A stretch of 64,000 nucleotides of DNA from an uncultured delta proteobacterium. GTDB taxonomy: Bacteria > Desulfobacterota > Desulfomonilia > UBA1062. The position numbers and the translations under genes were made by a program. Numbering within the stretch: position 1 is the first letter of the stretch; each line of letters opens with the position of its first letter. The DNA lies in contig CAWAUM010000013.1 in NCBI GenBank assembly GCA_963785235.1, forward strand, positions 128,001 through 192,000, written 5' to 3'. The notes under the pieces were generated by a model. That model made no database searches, had not been told where the DNA came from, and was given only the letters and a program-made list of their open reading frames with translations. This document shows, one piece after another, positions 41,749 to 51,612 of the stretch.

Positions 41749-42663
41749 CTATTCCTTTATTATCTGGAGGTATTTCGCCTGAATGCTGCCCTTAATGAGA
41801 AACTCCGCCTGGGACCGTACAGGGAGCGACTTCTTGAGTTCAGCAGAAATGGCATCGATATCATTCGACTTTGCGCACAGTTCTTTCGCCTTCTGGTCAA
41901 AGGCCAGGATGTAATCCTTCATTTCAACAACATCTTTCTTCGAAGATACCGGCCCATGACCAGGGATTATCTTGTCTACAGGCACACTCTTGATGAAGTC
42001 CAGGGTCTTTTCCCAGCCCATGATGTCACCATCTCCCATGTAGGGGTAGTAGTCGGTAAAGAGCACATCTCCTGAAAAGAGTACCCTGTCCCGGGGTATG
42101 AAAACCATGACGCTGTCATCCGTATGTGAAGGCGCCATGAACAGGATATCAACGCTTACATTGCCAAGGTCTATCCGCATCATTCCAGGGGAAGTGACCT
42201 CAGGGTATGTAATCTTTATGGCCTTGGCATCCTCATCGGTGATGCCGTAATCCTTGGCATTCCTGATCACCTTGGGCAGTGTCTTGTTCATGTTGATAGG
42301 GCAGCTGGTCTGGGCTAATATCACGGCATGTATGGCGGCAAATTCGGAATTGCCCAAGGTATGGTCGAAGTGGCTGTGGGTGTCCACCACATAGCGCACT
42401 GGTTTGTCGGAAATCTTCTTGATATCCTCTATAAACTTCCGGGCCCCTTTCGCAGACCCCAGGGTATCGACTACAAGGATACCCTTGTCGCCGATCACGA
42501 TGCCGGCATTGGCGCCGAAGCTGTTCACAGGCGATGGGTTGATGGTGCCTGCATAGGCATAGATATGATCGGATATCTTCTGCAGGCCGTCAGCCGCATA
42601 AGAGAACCCGACAAAAAGGAATATCCAGAGAACAGCAAGAATAAACTGAATACATCCCTTCAT
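41749..42663 (-). CDS. Exported MBL-fold metallo-hydrolase (cyclase-like)
   Basis: Signal peptide; THSHFDH, SHT, FSGD and IPGHG motifs. Confidence 0.85.
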   Translation of the reverse strand: MKGCIQFILAVLWIFLFVGFSYAADGLQKISDHIYAYAGTINPSPVNSFGANAGIVIGDKGILVVDTLGSAKGARKFIEDIKKISDKPVRYVVDTHSHFDHTLGNSEFAAIHAVILAQTSCPINMNKTLPKVIRNAKDYGITDEDAKAIKITYPEVTSPGMMRIDLGNVSVDILFMAPSHTDDSVMVFIPRDRVLFSGDVLFTDYYPYMGDGDIMGWEKTLDFIKSVPVDKIIPGHGPVSSKKDVVEMKDYILAFDQKAKELCAKSNDIDAISAELKKSLPVRSQAEFLIKGSIQAKYLQIIKE

Positions 42664-42804
42664 GAACACCTCCATAAAGATTCTGAAATTCAAAAGCTCA
42701 CTACTGAATGACATTCCCGATACTCTGTCAACTAGCTTAACTTATACCATATCTCTCCTTTCAATTCCTCATATTCCATCACTAAAAACCGTTTTAAATA
42801 TCCC

Positions 42805-42846
42805 TTGACATGTTAAACCATTTATTCTAATTGGTTAATCCAATTA
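42805..42846 (+). promoter_or_regulatory. Promoter -35 plus FadR/PdhR-type operator
   Basis: TTGACA at 42805; palindrome TAATTGG-TTAAT-CCAATTA at 42828-42846 matches AATTGGT-N3-ACCAATT with one mismatch. Confidence 0.65.
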
Positions 42847-43679
42847 TGGGTAAAACTCCAGCGCCACTCCCCTCCATCAACCCCACACAGGACCGCGAAA
42901 AACCCCTTCCTCGGCGGATTGCCGACCTTCTCATAGCCCGGATCTTTATGGGCGAACTGAAGCCGGGTGACCGGCTTCCACCGGACCGCGTGCTGGCGGA
43001 GCAGCTCGAAGTGGACCGCACTTCTCTACGCGCAGCACTCAACGAGCTTGCCAGCAGAAACATCGTCAGGGCGGTGCAGGGCTCGGGTGTGGTGGTCCTT
43101 GACTACCGGGAACATGCAGGCCTCGATTTTCTCGATGCCGTGTTCGGCATGCCTGATATCGAATTCGGGAGCGCCTTTAACCTTGAGCTCCTTGACCATT
43201 GGATCGAGGTCGTCCCGGCGATTCTGAAGCTGGCGCTCAGGCGGGCGACACCTGCCGACCTCGCGGCCATGGATGTCCTTTTCAAGAGACAGCAGAGTGC
43301 CATGAAAAGGGGCATCAACTACAGGGAACTGGCCGCCATCGAGGTGGAGATACAAGACATGATTGTCAAGCTCGCCGGGAGCACCATCCTGAGGTTATTC
43401 GCCAATTCCATGCGGCAGCTCAGGATTCAGTTTGTGGCATCCTTCTTCAAGACCGTTGATGTCGGGCAGCACATCATCACCATGCGCACCCTTATCCAGC
43501 TGGTGATGGCAGGCGGCACCACCCCTGACGAAAGCGCCATGCGTTTCAAGTCTTACCTGCATGAACATACACGCGCCCACCGTTCGCGCATAGCCGCCAT
43601 GCCGTCGGGTCCGAATCGTCGCGGAGACCGTAAGAAGTCGGGACAACTGAAAAATAGCCGCAGCAGCACAAAACAATGA
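42846..43679 (+). CDS. GntR family, FadR subfamily transcriptional regulator
   Basis: GELKPGDRLPPDRVLAEQLEVDRTSLRAAL...QGSG wHTH plus a helical effector domain. Confidence 0.9.
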   Translation: MGKTPAPLPSINPTQDREKPLPRRIADLLIARIFMGELKPGDRLPPDRVLAEQLEVDRTSLRAALNELASRNIVRAVQGSGVVVLDYREHAGLDFLDAVFGMPDIEFGSAFNLELLDHWIEVVPAILKLALRRATPADLAAMDVLFKRQQSAMKRGINYRELAAIEVEIQDMIVKLAGSTILRLFANSMRQLRIQFVASFFKTVDVGQHIITMRTLIQLVMAGGTTPDESAMRFKSYLHEHTRAHRSRIAAMPSGPNRRGDRKKSGQLKNSRSSTKQ

Positions 43680-43713
43680 AGTTATCCTAACCCTTACATA
43701 ATGGGAGGATGCC

Positions 43714-45807
43714 ATGAGCACTACAACGATAAGAAGTATCTGCTTTGAGTGCCACAGCCGCTGCGGCGTCATCCTCGAGGTTCAGGATGGCAGACTCATG
43801 GGCGTCAAGGGCGACCCGGACCACCCCCACAGCCACGGCTACACCTGCCCCAAAGGCAGGGCTGCCCCTGAGATGATCTACCATCCGGACCGTATCACCA
43901 AACCCCTTGTAAAAGTGGGCGGCAAGGCAGGCACCCGGTTTCAAGAGGCTTCGTGGGATATGGCGCTTACCATCATCGCGGAGAATCTCCTTGGTGCAAA
44001 GGAAAAATGGGGGGCGGAATCCGTGGTCTTCGGCACAGGGACCACCCGGGGTATGGCGCCCTACCTCAACCGGTTCCTTTCGCTCTTCGGGTCGCCGAAC
44101 TTCATGGCGCCTTCCAACATGAGCGGCGGGCCCATTGTTCTGGGAAGCGCAGCAACCTGCGGCTTCGGCCTTGTGGACCCTGATTATGCCAGCAGCTCCT
44201 GTATCCTCCTGTGGGCGCACAACCCCGAGGCATCCTGGCCGGGGCTGTATATGCATGACATCAAGGAGGGCCTGGATTCAGGCGCCAAACTCATCGTCGT
44301 GGACCCCAGGGGAACAAGGCTGGCCAGGAAGGCTGACCACTGGCTCAGAATAAGGCCGGGAACGGACGTGGCCCTGATTCTCTGCTTCATCAACATCATC
44401 ATAGAAAAAGGCCTGTACGACAAGGCGTTCGTTGAGAAATGGACTGTCGGTTTTGATAAACTCAGTGAGCATGTCAAAGCCTTCACCCCGCAGCGCTGCG
44501 CTGAGATAACTTGGCTATCCGGCTGAAGATATTGTGGCGGCGGCAGTCACCTTCGGCAGCACAAAACCTGCCAGCATAGGCCCAGGAATGGGCGGCGTCT
44601 GCCAGGCTAACGACGCCTTTGACCTCACCAGGGCGCTCACCATCCTTTCCGCCATCACCGGCAACCTCGAGGCCAAGGGAGGCAACCTCAACTGCGTGCC
44701 GCCCACCAAGAAGCGCTCATGCTACGGCCCTGACTACAGCACCTACAACAACCTGCCCCCGGAGCAGGCGGGCAAGAAGCTGGGGCTCGACCGCTTTCCG
44801 CTTCTCGCCCACATACCCATACCCAGCCCGCCGCAGGTTGTCTGGCCTGCCATCGAAACGGGCAAGCCCTACCCGGTGAAGGCTGTCGGCCTGTTTGCCA
44901 ACAACAGCGTGTGCGCATATCCCAACTCGGCAAGGGTGAAGAATGTACTGAGCTTACTGGATTTTCTCTTTGCCGTGGACTACTACCACACCCCCACCAC
45001 CGAACTGGCAGACGTCATCCTTCCCCCTGCCCACTGGAGCGAGCGCGACGAGATCGAAGACCTGCTCATGAAGAACCACGTGTTCTGCCAGGTTAAGGCC
45101 GTAGAGCCCGTCCCGGAGTGCCGTGACGAAAAGCAGATCCTCATAGACCTGGCAAATAAAATGGGCCTCAAGGGTTACTGGGATTCCGTACAGGAGACCC
45201 TGGACTACCGGCTGGAGCCAATGGGCATGACCTTCAACGAGTTCAGAGAAAAGGGCCATGTTTCAACGCCCCTTGTCTACAAGGGTTATGAGAAGTTCGG
45301 CAAGTTCCGGACCCCCACGGGCAAGGTGGAGCTCTATGCCGAATATCTCACCATGCTCGGCATATCCCCCTGCCCTGTTTCAAAGAACCTGACGAAGGCC
45401 CGGTGAGCACCCCTGCCCTTTTCCTGGAGTTCCCTCTGATCCTTACAACTGGCGGAAGAAACCTGATCTATTATCATTCATCCCACCGCAACATTGTGTC
45501 GCTGAAAGAACGCTCCCCCGACCCCGAGCTCGACATCCACCCGGACACGGCCCGTGGGCTCGGGATTGCTGATGGCGAGTGGGTGTCTCTGTCATCGCCT
45601 AGGGGCTCTGTGGAGATCAGGGCCAGGTATTCGGCCGACATGCACCCCAAGGTCGTGCACTCGCCCCATGGGTACTGGTACGGAGTTGAAGACGGCTGGA
45701 AAAAGGTAAACATCAACATGATCACCGCTGACGAGCCCCTGTGTCCGGTGACCGGGTCGGTGCCCATCAAGGCCCTCCTGTGCAGGGTTGAAAAACTGAC
45801 AAAGTGA
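43714..45807 (+). CDS. Mo/W-bisPGD oxidoreductase catalytic subunit (acetylene-hydratase-like); frameshifts near 44521 and 45370
   Basis: CFECHSRC...CPKG [4Fe-4S] motif, VVDPR, IRPGTD, ADVILP, TPTGKVEL, and C-terminal IHPDTA..GIADGE..SPRG; no Tat signal. Confidence 0.87.
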
Positions 45808-45846
45808 AGCCTTAACTGTAACGATCCATGAAAAGGGAGGTTCATC

Positions 45847-46864
45847 ATGAATATACCAGAACAGTTGGCGCCATATGCAGCAAGATTGGGGTTCCCCGGA
45901 TCCGAGGCCATGGCAAGGATCCTGGCCATACTCTTCGATGACCCTGACAGTGTCTCTGTTGCCGGGGCCATGCCGGGTTCCGTTGCAGATATATCGGCCA
46001 AGACGGGCATGAGTGAACAACGGGTCAGCCAGGTCACCCACAGGCTCCTGCACAAGGGGGCCATCAGCCGGGTGATCAGCAAAGGGCAATACTTCCGCCT
46101 CTTCCCGGCCATGATCGAGCTCCGCGATGCCGTTGTGATCACCCCGGACTGCCCCCAGGAGCTCTTTGAGCTGTGGGAGGTCATCATCCGCGACGAGATG
46201 CCAAAGATCGTGCCCATGATGAAATCGCTCAGTCTCCCCCCCATGCTCAGGGTGATCCCCATAGAAGAAACCGTGGAGAATTCCACGAGGGTTCTGGATG
46301 CCGACTCGGCCCGGCAGATAGTCCGCGGCGCATCGCTCATTACTGCCATCCCCTGCCCGTGCCGCACCCAGGCAGAGCGCGTGGGCAGGACAAAAGACTG
46401 CATAGCACCCAAGGGTGTGAGCCTGTGCATGCAGATTAACGGCTTTGCCGAGGCGGCCCTGGACCGCGGCGTGGGAGAGCGCCTGAGCAATGATGAGGCC
46501 TTGAGGCGGTTAACCCTGGCTGAAAAGGCAGGGCTTGTCCACACGGTCCGTAACAACGTCAAGGACGACATGTTCATGTGCAACTGCTGTCCCTGCTGCT
46601 GCACGGCCATGTTCCTCCACAACGCCGTAGGTTACGATGCCTCTTTTGCCCCTTCGAGGTTCCGTGCTAAGGTTGATGCAGGCATCTGCACCGGTTGCGG
46701 TGCATGCGAAGAAAAGTGTTCATTCGATGCCGTCAGCATTAAATGAAACGGCGCTTATCGACGAAAAAAAGTGTATGGGGTGCGGCAACTGCGTGCTTGC
46801 CTGCCCGGTTGAAGCCATCGCCTTGGATGAGGTACGGCCGCCCGAGTTCATACGAAGGACATAA
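45847..46864 (+). CDS. Cys-rich 4Fe-4S protein with N-terminal wHTH-like region; frameshift near 46742
   Basis: CPCR, CNCCPCCC, CTGCGACEEKC and CMGCGNCVLACP motifs. Confidence 0.8.
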
Positions 46865-46892
46865 CCATTAAACAATTAACAGGAGCTTGAAC

Positions 46893-48830
46893 ATGAGTAA
46901 ACCGACTGTATATAATCATCTGTTTTCTCCCATCACCATCGGCACCATGAAGCTTGAGAACAGGGCGGTCATGCCTGCCATGGGTACAGGATACGCTAAC
47001 ATGGACAATACACCGAGCGATCGGTTGATACAGTACCTGGCCAGACGGGCAAAAGGGGGCACGGGCCTCATCATTACCGAGGTGACCGCTGTAACACAGC
47101 GTGGCAAGGGATTCCCCAACGAGCTGGGCATCTGGAATGACGATTTCATCGGCCCTCTTTCCAGGATCCCACAGGCCATACACCGGCAAGGCGGCAAGTC
47201 AGCGATCCAGCTCCACCATGCCGGCAGGGAGACATTCAAGGAGGCTGCCGGTGGCATGCCTGAGGCCCCATCTGCCATCCCCAGCGTTATCCTCGGACAG
47301 CCCTGCGAGGAGATGAGCATAGATCGCATCCACGAGGTGATTGAGTCCTTTGCCTCAGCAACGCTACGGGCTCGCGCAGCAGGGTTCGACGCCGTTGAGA
47401 TACACAGCGCCCACGGCTACCTTCTGAATCAGTTTCTCTCCCCTTTTTCCAACCAGAGGCAGGATGCCTACGGCGGATCGGAAGAGAACCGCTCCCGTTT
47501 TGTGCTGGAGGTCGTCTCTGCTGCCAGAAAGGCGGTTGGGAAGGATTTTCCCATCATTGTCCGGGTCTCGGCCGACGAGCTCATCAGGGGCGGATTCGAC
47601 CTGGAGTTCATGAAACGGTTCGCGCCGCAGCTTGTGAATGCCGGGGCTGACGCCCTGCACGTATCGGTAGGTGTTTATTCCACGCCCGGCAGCCTGAGCA
47701 TAGCCTCCATGGACACGCCTGCGGGTTTCAACCTGTTCAGGGCCAGGGCCATAAAGGCTCTGGTGAATGTGCCGGTGATCGGGGTGGGCCGCATAAGCCA
47801 TCCCGAGCTTGCCGAACAGGCTCTGGAAAGGGGTGATGCCGATCTCATCAGCTTCGGCAGACAGCACCTCACTGACCCTGATTTCATCAGCAAGTCAAAA
47901 TCCGGCAACCTTGACGATATCAGACCGTGCGTGGCGTGCAACCAGGGGTGTATCGAACGACTCAGCTTCGAGATGAAATCCGCCACCTGCTCCTTTAACC
48001 CGGAATGCGGCCAGGAATTCCGTGGAAATTCATTAGCAGAGGTCCCCAAAAAGGTGTGGGTGATCGGCGCAGGTCCGGCCGGCCTTTCCGCAGCCCTTGC
48101 CGCCTGTGAACGGGGGCACGATGTTGAAGTCTTCGAGCAGGAAGACTCTGTGGGGGGCCAGCTGCGCTCAGCAAGCAAACCACCGCACAAAGAGGCCTTC
48201 TGGACTTGGGTGGAGTGGGCGCTGAGAAGATTAAAGAACCGTGGCGTGCCCATCAGACTGAGCAAATCTGTGTCCAGAGAGATGCTCCTTGAGGGCAAGC
48301 CCACAGCGGTGATCCTTACCACCGGCGCATATCCAATAACAGCCCCCATACAAGGCATCGACGCACCGCATGTCATGGATGCCCGGGATGTCCTTATGGG
48401 AAGGGCCACGGCAGCAGGGCCTGTTGTGATCCTGGGCGCAGGATATGTGGGCATGGAGACAGCCGACTTTCTGGTGGAAAAAGGCCTTGAAACGGTCATT
48501 CTCGAGATGCTCTCAACACCGCCTGTAGGCAAGCTGACGGCCCACGGCTATTGGCTGCATAAGCGTATCAGGGATAAGGGCGGCAAGATGTTCTTCGGGG
48601 CAAAGGTCACAAAAATCGGCCAGGGTGCCGTTCACTTCATAAAGGCCGACGAAGAAAATACCGTCCCTGCCTCCACAGTCATAACCGCCATGGGCGCCCG
48701 CTCAGACATCAGACTCGAGGCAGCGCTCAAGGAGGCAGGTATCAGCTATACGGTGGCAGGCGACGCCAAAGGTCCCAGGCGCATCCTGGAAGCCATCCAT
48801 GAAGGGCATCGTGCAGGCAACATGATCTGA
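46893..48830 (+). CDS. NADH:flavin oxidoreductase (OYE domain + Fe-S + FAD; FadH/BaiCD-like)
   Basis: QLHHAGR, EIHSAHGYLL, CVACNQGC...C, GAGPAG, GAGYVG and AGDA motifs. Confidence 0.9.
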   Translation: MSKPTVYNHLFSPITIGTMKLENRAVMPAMGTGYANMDNTPSDRLIQYLARRAKGGTGLIITEVTAVTQRGKGFPNELGIWNDDFIGPLSRIPQAIHRQGGKSAIQLHHAGRETFKEAAGGMPEAPSAIPSVILGQPCEEMSIDRIHEVIESFASATLRARAAGFDAVEIHSAHGYLLNQFLSPFSNQRQDAYGGSEENRSRFVLEVVSAARKAVGKDFPIIVRVSADELIRGGFDLEFMKRFAPQLVNAGADALHVSVGVYSTPGSLSIASMDTPAGFNLFRARAIKALVNVPVIGVGRISHPELAEQALERGDADLISFGRQHLTDPDFISKSKSGNLDDIRPCVACNQGCIERLSFEMKSATCSFNPECGQEFRGNSLAEVPKKVWVIGAGPAGLSAALAACERGHDVEVFEQEDSVGGQLRSASKPPHKEAFWTWVEWALRRLKNRGVPIRLSKSVSREMLLEGKPTAVILTTGAYPITAPIQGIDAPHVMDARDVLMGRATAAGPVVILGAGYVGMETADFLVEKGLETVILEMLSTPPVGKLTAHGYWLHKRIRDKGGKMFFGAKVTKIGQGAVHFIKADEENTVPASTVITAMGARSDIRLEAALKEAGISYTVAGDAKGPRRILEAIHEGHRAGNMI

Positions 48831-49022
48831 TGCAAGGTCAACATGCATCAGCATGTTAAAAAACTGTAAAACCGACTGGTTGTTGGCTTGACCTGGTTGC
48901 AATTTATCAGAAAGAGGCCTAAGGTCTGCGGTAGGTTGAAACCGTGTCAGGGGTAGTCATTTCAGATGGTTCTCTGACGCGACTTTGACTTGAGATATCA
49001 CGACATCTTATGAGGTTTTGGT

Positions 49023-49928
49023 ATGATTTCACATCTTCCACCGACTGCACGAGGGGTCATTTCCATCTCGCTCGTTATCATGAATACCCTCTTCTGGGCC
49101 ACGCCCATACACATCTTTGCACTCACCAAGCTGCTCATCCGCTCTGATTCATGGCAGCGTCAATGTGCAAAGGCGATCATGTTCTTCGGCAGCTGCTGGA
49201 TCGTGGGCATGAATACGATCATGCGCACAACCCAGCCCACCAGATATGACATAGAGGGCCTTGAGGGACTCAGCAAGAACCAGTGGTACTTCATCAACTG
49301 CAACCACCAGTCATGGGCCGATATACTGATCCTGTTCATAACCTTCCACGGATCTGTCCCGTTCCTGAAATTTTTCATCAAGAAGGAACTCTTCAAGGTC
49401 CCTGTCATGGGTACTGCCTGGTGGGCTCTGGACTACCCCTTCATGGAGCGATTCTCCAAGGAATATCTCAAGAAGAACCCGCACATGAAGGGAAAGGACT
49501 TTGAAACTACAAGGAAGGCATGCGAGCGCTACCGTCACACCCCGGTCTCTATTCTGAACTTCATCGAAGGGACCAGGTTCACCAAGGAAAAACATGACCG
49601 GCAGGAGTCTCCCTACCGGCATCTTCTCCGGCCCAAGGCTGGCGGGTTCGCCTTTGCCCTGGGTGCCATGGACGGGAAGATCTCGAATATCCTGGATGTC
49701 ACCATCATCTATTCCCAGAGGCCAGGCTCCTTCTGGGACTATCTGTGCGGACGCGTAGACTGGATCAGTGTAAAGGTCAAAAAGATGCCGGTACCTCAAG
49801 AATTTCTCAGTGGTGACTATCAGAACGATGAAGTATTCAGGGACCGCATCCAGACCTGGGTCAGCGACCTCTGGCAGGAAAAGGACAACCTCATGGAACA
49901 GCATAAGGACGAACACCCGAGGCGTTAA
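49023..49928 (+). CDS. YihG-like PlsC-family acyltransferase
   Basis: NHQSWAD, KFFIKKEL, WWALDYPFM, FIEGTRF, PKAGG and DVTIIY motifs. Confidence 0.88.
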   Translation: MISHLPPTARGVISISLVIMNTLFWATPIHIFALTKLLIRSDSWQRQCAKAIMFFGSCWIVGMNTIMRTTQPTRYDIEGLEGLSKNQWYFINCNHQSWADILILFITFHGSVPFLKFFIKKELFKVPVMGTAWWALDYPFMERFSKEYLKKNPHMKGKDFETTRKACERYRHTPVSILNFIEGTRFTKEKHDRQESPYRHLLRPKAGGFAFALGAMDGKISNILDVTIIYSQRPGSFWDYLCGRVDWISVKVKKMPVPQEFLSGDYQNDEVFRDRIQTWVSDLWQEKDNLMEQHKDEHPRR

Positions 49929-50005
49929 GACCATAGTAAAACCTCTTTCCCTCATTCAAGACTGATCTGCGGCATCTTCGGATTTCAGCGGTTATCCTTT
50001 TTTAT

Positions 50006-50215
50006 TCCGGATATTGCGCTTAAGATGAGTAAAAACCTTTTTCCGTTCAAAACCTTTATCTTGCAGCCTGGTGAGGGATGCAGAATTTATTGGTCCTTCA
50101 AGGCTGCAAGATAAAGGTTTTGAACGGACCTATAAAAAATAATACCATGGTCATAATGAGTTATATGCTTAAGTACATGGAGCATGTGCGGGTACATTCA
50201 ACTGCAATATCCGGA
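50006..50215 (+). mobile_element. 210-bp MITE-like element with 12-bp terminal inverted repeats, candidate 5-bp target duplication and internal 28-bp hairpin
   Basis: TCCGGATATTGC (50006-50017) and GCAATATCCGGA (50204-50215), flanked by TTTAT on both sides; perfect arms at 50042-50069 and 50101-50128. Confidence 0.65.
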
Positions 50216-50304
50216 TTTATAAAAAGCTGTTTGAAAAAGAATCAGGTACATTATACTATCCAAAGGAACAAATGCACTTTTTTGAGTTCACTTAAGGGGG
50301 CTCC

Positions 50305-51510
50305 ATGCAGGCTAAGAAATCGAACAAACGGTTCTTCGCTTCCCAGGCATTCCACTACCAGACCTTACGCACATTGGGCCACTCTGCGGCCTTTGGGGCA
50401 AACCCCGGCGAGTGCCTGGCCACCATCAACTCCATCCGTAATGCAGATCCTGAAAGCTGGTATGAGTCCTGGCATGAATCCGGCCGGAAATGTGAAAACA
50501 TGGCCGCAGCATCAGGGGACACCATAGGCCGGGGCAAGGCGCTTCTGCGTGCATCAAACTACTTCCGCACAAGCGAGTTCTTCCTGTCTCCCTTGGACAC
50601 CAGGCGGCAGGCCGTTTATCGTGAGAGCGCGAATGCCTTTATCAGGGCACTGCAGGTGTTGAGCATACCTCACAAAATCTGGAAGATACCCTATGAGCGG
50701 ACCTCCATGAGGGCCTTTTATTTTCCAGGTGATGCGGGCAAACCCGTCATCATTGCCTGCGGAGGATATGACTCCACCCTTGAAGAGCTCTTTTTCTGGA
50801 TTGCGTCTGCAGCGAGGGACAGAGGCTACCCTTGCGTTATTTTCGAGGGTCCCGGCCAGTCCAACATGATTCGTGAATACGACATGAAGTTCACCCACAT
50901 GTGGGAAAAACCGGTTACAACATTGCTGGATTATATGCAGTGGGACGCCACCGAGCTTACCGGTCAGAAGAAGATCCTCCTGGGCATCAGTATGGGTGCA
51001 ATGCTGGCGTTGAGGGCAGCAGCCATTGAGAAGCGCATCCATGCAGCGGCAGGATTAGGAGGGTTCTTCAGCATGAAGGATGCGGCCCTTGCCCAGATCC
51101 CTCCCATGGGGAGGTTCCTCTACCGGCTCAAATTCAAAGACATGTTCAACAGGTTTGCGTCGCTGAAGGCATCACACGACATGGGCAAACGATGGGCGCT
51201 GAACAACGGATACTGGACAATCGGCGCGGACACGCCGTTCGATCTCCTTGAAAAAACCGACCCATTCAGCCTCACTGAGGTGGCGGACAAGATCACCTGT
51301 GACGTGCTCATCATGTCCTCGGATAAAGATCACCTCATCCCCACCAGTGAGGCCGGACGGTTCAAGCAGCACATAAAGAACGCCCGGAGCATCCAGGTGC
51401 ATTGTTCCCTGGACGATGACGGCGCCGGCGAGCACTGCCTGGCAGGGGCCACTGAGCTTTTCCACCAGGTTTTCTTTGCATGGGTTGAAGGCCTTTTCCG
51501 GAAGGAGTAA
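50305..51510 (+). CDS. Alpha/beta hydrolase (FrsA/DHPON-hydrolase-like)
   Basis: LRASNYFRTSEF, GGYDS, FEGPGQ, nucleophile GISMG and GEHC. Confidence 0.85.
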   Translation: MQAKKSNKRFFASQAFHYQTLRTLGHSAAFGANPGECLATINSIRNADPESWYESWHESGRKCENMAAASGDTIGRGKALLRASNYFRTSEFFLSPLDTRRQAVYRESANAFIRALQVLSIPHKIWKIPYERTSMRAFYFPGDAGKPVIIACGGYDSTLEELFFWIASAARDRGYPCVIFEGPGQSNMIREYDMKFTHMWEKPVTTLLDYMQWDATELTGQKKILLGISMGAMLALRAAAIEKRIHAAAGLGGFFSMKDAALAQIPPMGRFLYRLKFKDMFNRFASLKASHDMGKRWALNNGYWTIGADTPFDLLEKTDPFSLTEVADKITCDVLIMSSDKDHLIPTSEAGRFKQHIKNARSIQVHCSLDDDGAGEHCLAGATELFHQVFFAWVEGLFRKE

Positions 51511-51612
51511 TAGTATTCACGTTTCGCTTGACACGGGAAAGAGGATGCCTGTATCAACCCAAGGAATCATACAGCATGACGCTGAGACTACAAGGCAAGG
51601 AGACCCTCCCCC

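Noticed and set aside
41749-42663. Clinical-type metallo-beta-lactamase
   Set aside because: The HxHxDH, SGD and PGHG pattern fits the broad cyclase-like MBL-fold hydrolases, and it lacks the B1-type Cys ligand.
44524-44526. TGA in the molybdopterin enzyme as selenocysteine
   Set aside because: The downstream homology continues in a different frame and the position is not the metal-ligand site, so it is a frameshift.
48900-49020. Possible riboswitch (c-di-GMP-like) upstream of the acyltransferase
   Set aside because: One G-U-rich hairpin is present, but the conserved GEMM-type motifs are missing.
50042-50128. Hairpin arms with ~30-nt variable spacers as a mini-CRISPR
   Set aside because: The arms are inverted rather than direct repeats, the loops of the two copies are related to each other, and there are no cas genes.
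50078-50527. 149-aa ORF starting inside the hairpin element
   Set aside because: It spans the repeat, overlaps the hydrolase out of frame and shows no transposase or other recognisable motif.
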